NCBI RefSeq assembly: GCF_963853765.1
Contig: NC_088858.1
Span: 2,790,001-2,854,000 of the forward strand
Direction: 5' to 3'
Source: Magallana gigas
Taxonomy: Eukaryota
DNA: 64,000 nt
Part shown: positions 24,868 to 35,800 of the stretch, in pieces
How the letters are laid out: each line of letters opens with the position of its first letter
How positions within the stretch are numbered: the first letter of the stretch is position 1
Notes under the pieces: model-generated
The model's database searches: none
What the model was told of the DNA's origin: nothing
The model's input: only the letters and a program-made list of their open reading frames with translations
Program-made: the position numbers and the translations under genes

Positions 24868-25360
24868 TTGATAAAGGGAATTCAAGTTTTAAAAAATGCA
24901 GGACCAGCCTCTTCCAAAGAGGGATTCTGTGTATTTAGAATTATTGAAAACTGATTTGTTGGTATTAATAAAAAAAAAAAAACTCCCGTCTTTTGAGAAT
25001 TAGGCAGGCATAGATTTATAAAACCTGTTTGACCAGAAAAGCTGCAACTTGTGTGGAAGGGTCCTCAGGTATAGTGTAAATGCAAGTTTGTTCAAAGCAT
25101 GATCTCCGGGGGAAGGGTGAGGCCGGCATCGGGAAATTTCATACGGCCATGAATAAATGGGAAAAAGTTCTTCTCCAAAACTGAAACAACAAAAATGGGA
25201 CCAATCTTCAACATAAGAATATGTAGAAAACATTGAAAACATGTTTAAACAAGATTATTATCCAGAGACTTTGTATTTGATTAATAAATTTGAGTTAACG
25301 TTATCGCTGTAAAAAAATATAGTTACTCAGGTGAGCGATGTTTCCCCTGGGCCTCTTGTT
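24868..25360 (+). mobile_element. 3' part of a Helentron/HINE-type non-autonomous element
   Basis: Ends CTCAGGTGAGCGATGTTTCCCCTGGGCCTCTTGTT, the same end type as at 39128 (minus) and 49730. The 5' boundary is approximate. Confidence 0.55.
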
Positions 25361-25651
25361 ATCTTCAAAATCTTTGACAATGGATGATAAAATTCTGTTA
25401 AATTATCGAAACAAAAATGTTTTAGTTTTTATAGCAATAAAAATAAAAGGAATTTCGAACAAAGATGTTGAATAAACCTATCTTGTCTACATTTCGGCGA
25501 TTAGACTCACCGAACTTAACGAAACAATATGGCAGCGCCCATGCAAATTGAAAACATTACGGTCACGATTGAAAATTCAATTCTATGAAAAGTTTTAATA
25601 ACAAATGTTACTAGAGTCCGTGAATAGTTAGTTGCTGTAACACTTTTTATT

Positions 25652-28600
25652 ATGGGTAGTAGAAATTTGTGTCAGTTGAAAACGCGCTTGGAAAGGCATT
25701 TCTTGCGTAACGTATTAAAGAGGAAATTCGGGCACAGTCATCAATGTTATTCAAAAAAGGATGAAAATATTATGAATGTCTTTGACAGAAAAGCAAAGCG
25801 GCTTCAGAGAGATAGATCAACCACGTTACCAAATTTTGAAGAATCACAATATGTAAAGGAAGAGGTAAAGGCTTAAATCTTGTAAATATGCTGATAATTT
25901 ACACTGTCAATTAATTTAATTCCCCTCTTTCCTCTCTTTGTCATCTTATATTTACTCTTTTTACTAAAAGGTGAAAATGTAAAGACTCCATTATAATCCC
26001 ATACAGTCAACCAATTGGCAGTATCATTAAATTTATTGTATTCGGAGCAAATCTTTCTTAGACCTATACTTATTTATAAGGATTCATCTTTACCTTTCAG
26101 ATTGGATACAGAACATATGATAGACTCTTGGACATAAAAAGGTACTTAGAAGATAGATCTGTGATATAAATTGCTGTTTATTATTAGTTTGAGACTCTCT
26201 CATCTTTGACACAGGTTGCACTACAGGAAAACATCATTACAGCTCTTTAACATGAAGTTGAAGTGATATTCATTCTCCAAAGTCTTGAATAATGTAAACT
26301 TGTCAGATATACTTAAGGGTTTAATCTTGTTCAAAAATTGAGGAGATATCTTGTCATGACAAATCCAAACATATTAATGTTTAGCTTTTAGTAAAGGATG
26401 AAAATAAACTCTATGAACTTCTAAAAGTTTGTTGTAGACAGAACTTGAAAACACCAAACATCAAAGTCTCTCTAACCACTTCTATTAAATGATTCTATTT
26501 TGAATGTATTGTAATGTTTTTTTTGTATTTCATTATTTGAAAGTTAATTCTGCTTTTTTGATTTGTACATTGTATATTTCAGGGTTGTCTCTAAGCCTCG
26601 GGGGCGGGGAATTCCTCCGCCTATAATGACGAAATTACCCAGCTATTATTGCATTTCAAACATAATTTAGCTATTAGCTAAACCCCCAGACCCCCCTTCT
26701 ACTCTATAATTTCTTCCTTCTACTTCAATTTTAAGAGACAACCCTGTATATTTCTAATTCTTGATTTTTTTTTTTTAAATTTTGCATGCTGTAATGTATC
26801 TTTCATTGAATTGTATTTGACAGAGAATTTGATGTGGCAGTGGATTTGGGCTGTGGTCTGGGCTATGTCTCTCGACACATCACAAAGGACACCGCTAAAC
26901 TTATATACCAGTGTGAAATGTCAGAAAAATTACTGGTAAGTCAGCCCTCAAATCTAAGTGTTAGTAAGCTCAGCTACCAACAAATTTTCTGCTTTAGAAT
27001 TTGACATCTAATGTTATTTATAGTTTGTCCATCCTTATTTTAAATTAAATTAAAATTGTCAGAAATAGGACAATAAGGTGTAAGTTTCTTACTTGAATAT
27101 GTATGATTCTCAATATGTTTTCAATATTTCTGTGGAATAAATAAAATTTAGATGGCCCAATTGTTTGTGAATTTTTGGGGAACACCTAACACACTTTACA
27201 TCCTCTTTTCTTCATAATTCATTGAAACCGATCCACAAGAACCTGTAAAATCAAAGAAAATTTCAAAATATTGTGGTTGGGAAATTACTTGTTTGATTGT
27301 TGGTTTCTATTTTTAGAAAAAGGCAGAGGTTTCTCCAGAGGTACCCACACATAAGCTGATTGTTGATGAAGAGTTCTTGCCCTTTAAAGATAAATCTCTA
27401 GATGTAGTTGTTAGTAGTCTAAGGTAATCTCATCCAATAGAGCTGTGTGACTATATCTTGTATCTGTTATTTTCCTTTCAAACTATTTCCTTTTTTGATG
27501 TCAGATTTATAGTTGTTCGTTCTAATTGGACAATTTGCTCCTGCATTACAGCTTACACTGGGTGAATGATCTCCCTGGCTGTTTTAAAGCCGTATGTATC
27601 CAATTGTTTCTTAAGTTTATAATTACTATCACTAAAGAAGCAAAAAACCATAGAGATGTTAACTTTTTATTGAATTAAGTGAACTAAGTGTTATGATTGC
27701 TTGTGTTGTGAACAGGTCCAGAAATCACTGAAGCCTGACCGCCCGTTTATCGGGAGCATGTTTGGTGGGGATACCCTCTTTGAACTCAGGGTCTCACTAC
27801 AGTTAGCAGAACAGGAGCTACAAGGGGTCAGTACCAGTCTATACTTCAAAACTTTTCATTCTAATACATGTACCAAAAACCACTGTTGGAAACCCATGGT
27901 CGGTCTTGCTTTTAGGTAAGAGAAGAGAGATCGACTGTGGGTTTTCGACTATGACCCAAAACTAAGAAATAAGATCTTTATTTTATGAAGTTCAATTAGC
28001 TCATTTTCTATAAATGACAACACTTGCACATTTAAAATTATATGTACTGTAAATAACTAGCCTATTAAATCTATCCATAGATTACTGTACTTATTTGTTT
28101 TACAGGGGATAAGTCCACACATTTCTCCATTTACTGATGTCCGGGATCTAGGAAACCTTTTAAATCGTGCTGGATTCACTATGTTAACTATAGTAAGTCT
28201 TCTACATTCATCACTGAAATTTAAAAACCAATTAATGATGTCATTAACAGTATTTCTGATTCTGTTATTTTGGCACCGAGGGTGATACACTATGTAATCT
28301 ACATGTATATTTTTGTCATCGATAAACACGGTGGGTTCTTATGCTAAATAACATGGAAAGGCAAGTTCAAAATAAATTCCTTATAATTACAGGATGTTGA
28401 TGAAGTAAAATCCTCATACGATGATATGTTATCCTTAATGATGGATTTAAAAGGTAATGAATTAGTTATACCCTGGTTAATATTTATCTCCTATTTGAAA
28501 TAAATGCAGTGTAATTTAGAAAGAATCTTATCCTCAAATTAAGTTTTTTTCATTTTGGCCAGGTATGGGTGAAAATAACTGTGTCTGGACTAGGAGACCC

Positions 28601-29167
28601 ATGCTTCATCGCAACACCATAGAATTAGCAGAGAAAAAATACCGAGGTAAAAATATGATTTTTGAAAAAATATGAAAATTTCAAAATGGGGAAAAATAGA
28701 ATGCAAGAAGAGTGTTATCTTTACTAGCTAAGGGTGATAATCTGCTCCTAAAACTAAGGGGAAAAAATTGAAAAATATAATTACCGTAGTTGAGAGAGCA
28801 TTGATTAAATAAACAGGTTGATGAAATAAATATGTCCTGTATGTATTTGTAGAAATGTACAGCACAGAAGAGGGACTAGAAGCTACTTTCCAGATTGTAA
28901 ATTTCATTGCCTGGTCTCCTGATCCTTCTCAGGTAAACTGGTTGACAGTCAATGACAGATGAACTTTCAGTATGTTGTCACATCAAACTTTCTGTAAACC
29001 TTCCTGAAACTTAATACTTTATGTTTTGTTATCAGCCCAAACCTCTACAGAGAGGATCTGCCAAGTTCTCCTTGAAGGACATCGAGAGGATCGATGAGCT
29101 CACCAAGGATGTCAAATCCCTTGAAGAGGAACTGGACAAGGGATTAAATCCCAAAAAGGATAAATAA
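25652..29167 (+). CDS. NDUFAF5: Arginine-hydroxylase NDUFAF5, mitochondrial complex I assembly factor (~355 aa)
   Basis: Exons 25652-25864, 26101-26141, 26824-26935, 27317-27423, 27552-27591, 27716-27826, 28106-28192, 28393-28453, 28563-28646, 28853-28932, 29036-29167 (1068 nt). Motifs [20 protein letters not shown] (SAM-binding motif I), [60 protein letters not shown]. Confidence 0.95.
26580..26746. mobile_element. 167-bp MITE with CAGGG ends and a 7-bp flanking direct repeat
   Basis: TIRs CAGGGTTGTCTCT / AGAGACAACCCTG; TATATTT at 26573-26579 and 26747-26753. Confidence 0.75.
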
Positions 29168-29885
29168 CTTTGTGGCATTAATCAGGGATTAAGTTGATTC
29201 AGCATGGAAGATTTATTGAACAGGAGTATAGACATGTACTCAGTACTACATACTGTATGTGCATCTTGTGACACTGTAGATTGCATTCATCAAGTACATG
29301 GAAAAAACTACTGTGAATTTCTAAAGGGCATGCTATTACTCTGTTTCAGGAGTTTAATATGACTGGAACCATAGGACATGAATATAAAATTTTGTTATGA
29401 TTGCAGGGACAGTATTTTAAAGATTGAGGATTTAAACATTTACATGTCAATAATGAAATAAAAAATTCAAATAAGGCACAAAGATTATTTTAATGAATTT
29501 GTTAATTTGTTTCATTGTGTTATCTATGCTCGGGTACAATGTAGTTACGTGTACAGGACTGATTTTCTTGACACACAAATCCTTGTTGTCACTGTGGAAC
29601 TTGAAGCTAACATGGCTGCCTATCACTCTGTGACTGTTGAGCTGGGTCAGTGTTTAATATTGAAATCTGCATCTGCTGGCGGATTTTTACGTTACCCAGA
29701 AGTCATTTCATACTGCTCATCTCATTCACTGAACTCTTTTATCACACCCTACTGGTCAGTTCTACTTGACACAGAATAGAGTAGGTCATTTGGTCATTCA
29801 CTGTACTCGAGTGCTGACTTCCTGGGATTAACTGTCGAATTCTGAGCAAGAAGCTGTTTCATCGCTTGCGTTGGAGGATATCATT

Positions 29886-32800
29886 TCATACAGGCATGCC
29901 CAACATGGTGAAGGATTTCCCTGGAATCCCCCCTGTTGGTAGTCTAGACATGACAACCTACGACCAAAGAAATCAGCCATTATATGACATACATATACAT
30001 GTAAATACCGGTATCTTTCATGTCAGATTAACAAATTTCTGAGTAAAGGTTACCATATATATTACACTGTATTATGTATAAATAAAATTTGTTAGTTTAA
30101 ACATGTAAAATAATTTCACACTTGTTTTGTCTATTCCTTAAGTTATTCCTCTCATTAAATTACATGTCAATTAACTTCTTTCTAATGAAATTAAATGATG
30201 CTTAAATTCAATATGTACCTTGGGTTTCTTGAGTGAGGAGGACATATACCCCACACACAGGCTGTCTGTGGTGTGGCCCCACAATACCTCTGCTGTAATG
30301 AAAGGAGTTTTAAAAAATCATAAAATAAGGATGGTGAGCAGAGAACACAAAGAAACTATAACATATAAATAACTTCTCATCTAAAGAAAGGTGTTAAAAA
30401 TATCATTAAATAATAACAGTGAACAGTAACTGAAACTATAACAGGTAAAATTTACCGTAAATAATATTTGTATCATGGATGGTCAGTGTATCATGTAGGT
30501 CAAGGCAACATTGTATATGATACTGTGAAATCATTAGATTTCGTGGTGGCTCATTTTTCGTGGAATTCGTGGGTACCTCTCATCCACGAAATAACATCCA
30601 TCACGAATTGATGAATTAGGGTAATAAAGTCATATTCCCTTTTGTAGATATATATGAATACACGAAATTACGTCCCCACGAACCTGTAAAATTTAAGTCA
30701 TCCACGAAAATTGGCCCCCACGAAATTTAATGATTCCACAGTACATGATGGAGTATGATAATTCATCAAGGTGATTATATGGTTACTGTGCTTTGTATAA
30801 TTTAGAATCTTGATCATTAATATTTCAGTTATAAACATATTTTATTTTTACATGTAGAAGTATGTAAATTATCATTATTGTTCATTACTTAAATTGTTAG
30901 AATTGCTGAATTTAAACAGCAGGCCTAGGTAGACCTACTCCAACACCTGTAATTAGTGTTGTGTCACACCTGTGATGTTTTTACCTGTGTTATCTTCATT
31001 GTGGACCAGAGCCAGAACCCCAGCATACTTCTCCTCCTCCTCAGATAAAAACTCAGACTCTGTCAAAATAAATTTGTCTTAGAAAAATGATGTCTGAATA
31101 TCATAATTAACCCAATTCTTGTTGAATGCATTGCTCTTTGACTGGTCACCTATAACTTTGAAAAAATTTCACATATGGAGACATTTCCTGATAAATAAAC
31201 CTTTCAATTTTCCTCTTGTATAGCGATATTTCAAGATGAACCTATCACTTGTGTATCCCATAGAAGTATCTACTGACATGATATTCTGTTTGAAGCCCTG
31301 AGACAGCCCCAGACTAGCATTTTATAAATTCTGCATGTGTATAATTAAAAATGAACCTTTTAGTTTTTATATCTTTTCGGAGTTTCTACTGACCTAGTAG
31401 ACTCTGTTTGAATCCCTGAGACAGCCCGAGGCTAGCGTTGTTCTCCCTCTGTATGGACATTGCACACTCCCGCGCCAGTACAGTCCTAATGATGTGCTCA
31501 CCACTACCTGTACAGAAGGCAGAGACTACAGTTACTGTCAGCCATGGGATTACAGACATAAGACAAAGTAGAAAGAACAAGATACCATGTATGTACAGAT
31601 CTATACAAATATAGATGTTGTACGATATTACTAATTAGGTTTGTTATTGTGGACTTTGCCGATGCCACAAATTTCTGTAAACAGTCAGTAACAAACCTAA
31701 TAAGTGTTGTTTTGTTCAGGATCTAATGTTTTAAATGTAAACAAACAAAAAATAATATATAACAATTAAATTCATAGCTTAATTCTCTGTTTTTTTACCT
31801 TCCTCGTCAGTCGTGTGTGCAAACCTGGATGCCATTGTAAGATCGTAATATAAGTCATGGACAGAGGGGGGTTACTCTAAATATTTTGGGGCTTAAAAAT
31901 TAAAGGTATGGTTGAACGTTTGTGTAAAAATTCAACTAAAATAACATTACATCCGCCATGTTGCCGTATAAATTTTGACACTCGCCATGTAAAGAAATTT
32001 ATAAGGCAATCATGTGGCGCGATTCATCCGTCTGAGGCAAAACAAAGAATTCTATATGTGCCATTGTTTACATCCAAAATTGTAATCCATGAAAAGCAAG
32101 AGTGACCCTATGTTTGAAACAAAAGTAATCGCTCCTTTATCTCCTTTTACCTGAAATGACTGCACTAACACCTTATTTTTACCTTAACAAACTGCTCCTA
32201 CAACTTATGTGTCATTTAAGTGACTGCTCCTTCACCTTCACCTTCACATTTGCCTGCAGTAACTAAACTAATACCTTATTTTTACCTGAGGTAACAGCTC
32301 ATACACATTTTTTAGCTCACCGAGACGAAGTCAGGGGGAGCTTATGCTATACCCTCGGCGTCGGCGTCGGCGTCGGTGTCGGCGTCGGCGTCCGGACCTG
32401 GTTAAAGTTTTTGTTGCAGGTCCTGTATCTAAGCTATTACTTGTCCTATCTTCACCAAACTTGCATGGATGATGCATCTGGACCTACTTATGGACTGGAA
32501 AGACTTGGATGCTGAATCTGAGTCCTAAATTTCAGATGCTGGAGGAGGTTAAGGTTGTTGGACCAGGTTAAAGTTTTTGTTGCAGGTGCCCTTTGATAGC
32601 AATATCTAAGTTACTGCAGGTCCGTACTTCACCAAACTTGCATGGATGGTGTGTCTTATGATACTGATGCACCAGACAGGCTTGAGTGCTGAATCTGAGC
32701 TATAGATTTCGGATGCTGGAGGAGGTTAAGGTTTTTGGAGCAGGTTAAAGTTTTTGTTGCAGGTGCCCTTTGATAGCAGGCTTGGGTGCTGAATCTAAGC

Positions 32801-35800
32801 TATAGGTTAAAGATGCTGAAGGAGGTTAAGGTTTTTAGAGCTGGTTAAAGTTTTCGTTGCAGGTGCCCTCTGATGATTATATCTTAGTTACTACTTGTCC
32901 TAACTTCACCAGACTTCCATGGATGGTGCATCTTATGATACTGATGCACCAGACTGGCTTGAATGCTGAATCTGAGCCATAGGTTTCGGATGCTGGAGGA
33001 GGTTAAGGTTTTTAGAGCTGGTTAAAGTTTTTGAAACAGTTGCCCTCTGATGATTATATCTTGATTATTACTTGTCCTAACTTCACCAGACTTCCATGGA
33101 TGGTGCGTCTTATGATACTGATGCACCTGACATGCTTGAATGCTGAGTCTGAGCCATAGGTTTCAGATGCTGGATATGGTTAAGTTTTTTGAAACAGGTC
33201 ACATGTTTAATAGATAATAGTACTATTTCAAACTTGTATAGTTGATTAAACTGTAATATGAATGAATCACAGAGGAAGCTTCAGATGCAGAGCTTGATCT
33301 CCATTATCAAGGATGCTTAAAAATATATCTTAGTTATTACAGGTCCTAACTTCACCAAACTTGAATGGATGGTGTGTCTTATGATACAGATGCACCTGAC
33401 ATGCATTGATGTTGAATCTGAGCCATATAGGTTGCGGATGCTGGAGCAGGTTAAGGTTTTAATTGCTAGTGCCCTCTGATGATGATATCTTAGTTATTAC
33501 TGGTCTGAACTTCACCAAACTTGCATGGAGATGCGCCTTATGTGTACTGATGCACTTGACAGGCTTGAATGCTGAATCTGAGCCATAGGTTTCGGATGCT
33601 GGATGAGGTTTAGTTTTTTTGGAACAGGTCACATGTTTTATAGATGATAGCTTGCATAGTTGATTTAACTATATTATAAATAAAACGCAGAGATTGCTTC
33701 AGGTGCAGAGCCTGATTTCCATTATCAAGGATGCTATGAAATCTCCTACCTCACTCAAACCTGCTCGATAGATAGATGTGTTTGTTGATAAATGATATAA
33801 CTTGATTCCTATGATATAGTATTGTATGGTATGAAACAATATTGTTTAATATGATACAATATAATATCATATGTAATATTATAAAAAGTTATATGATACG
33901 ATATGATATTGTATCAATTTTTTTGATATTTTATGTTATGATGTTGTATCATGATATCGTTATGTATAGTATTGTATATTATGATATAATATTGTATAAT
34001 ATTATATTGTATTATTAATTTATTATTTTATCACATGATACTATTACATAAGATATTGCAAAATATAATATTGTATCCTATGATACAATATTTTATATTA
34101 CATAATATTGTACCATATGATGATGTATAATATGATATTAGTTTCTGTAATATAGAATTATATCACATGAAATTGTATAATATGATACTGTAATATTATA
34201 TAATATCGTATTATACGATATTGTATAATATGATATTGGTTTATATATAATATTATATATAATCACATCACATGAAATTGTATTGTATGATATTGTAAAA
34301 TATATTATTGTATCATATGATACAATATGTATAATATAATATTGTATTATATAATATTTTACTTTATCACATAATATTGTATCATTTGATATGATACAAT
34401 GTTGTATCAAATTATATTGTATCATATTATGTATCAAAAATGATACAGTATCATACAATATTTTATATTAAACAATATTATATCATATGTTTCAATGTTA
34501 TGATGTATAGTAATTATGTAATATGATATTGTAATATAATACTATATTAATTTATATATTATGATATTGTATTATGTGATCAAATACAATAACATATAAC
34601 ACAATACAATGTCATATCATACGTTACAATATCATATCTCATCATTGTTTATTATGGTATTTTATTGTTTTATATGATATATGTTGTAAATATGATAGGA
34701 TGCAATATTCAATTTTATATTATTGTATTGATTAAAATATGAACATATGATTATCATACATTTTTTAAACAGATGATATACGATATTGTGTCAAAACAGA
34801 ATCCATGAATATCCAAGATCATAAAGTATGATTTTCATTTAATATGATAAAGGTGGTCTCATAAAGGTGAAGTCTCATAAGGGTGATGTCTCGTCTCGGT
34901 GAGCTTTGTAATCTGTGATTACCTATGTTTTTTATCTGAAGTAACTGCTGCTACACCTTATTGTAACCTGAAGAACTAGTAACTGCTAGTATCTGTTGCT
35001 ATACCTCATTGCTACCTGAAATACTAGTAACTGCTGCATCAACTTTTTTTTACCTAAAGTGTCTGCTTCTATTAGAATGTACTTATTTCACATAAAGTAA
35101 CTTTTACTACAATTTTTATTTACCTGAAGTAACTGCTCCTAAACTTTTTTTTCACCTAAAGTATCTGCTCCTTCACCTTATGTGTACCTTGCTTAATTAC
35201 TATATTTTTACCTTAATCAATAGCTTCATCACCATATTCATGTACATGTACTAGATTTTACCTGATGTTACTGCTACTAAACCTTGTAGCTATCCCTAAA
35301 CTTTATTTTTACCTGAAAGAACTGTTCCTACACCATATATTTACCTGAAGCAACTGTTTCTACAGCTGGGTTTTACCCGAAGTAACTGTTTTTACACTGA
35401 GTTTACCTAAAGTAACTGTTCCTACACCTGGTTTTTACCTGAAGTAACTGTTCCTACACCATATATTTACCTGAAGTAACTGTTCCTACCACCTGGTTTT
35501 TACCTGAAGTAACTGTTCCTACGCCTGGTTTTTACCTGAAGTAACTGTTCCTACACCTGGTTTTTACCTGAAGTAACTGTTCCTACACCTGGTTTTTACT
35601 TGAAGTAACTGTTCCTACACTTGGTTTTTACCTGAAGTAACTGTTCCTACACCATATATTTACCTGAAGTAACTGTTCCTACACCATATATTTACCTGAA
35701 GTAACTGTTCCTACACCTGGTTTTTACCTGAAGTAACTGTTCCTACACCTGGTTTTTACCTGAAGTAACTGTTCCTACACCTGGTTTTTACCTGAAGAAA

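Noticed and set aside
25505-25545. Minus-strand GTGAGT donor suggesting a divergent transcript from the NDUFAF5 promoter
   Set aside because: Single motif with no identifiable acceptor or coding partner; cannot be supported from sequence alone.
34138-34458. 106-aa I/Y-rich ORF
   Set aside because: Low-complexity AT tract; composition artefact.
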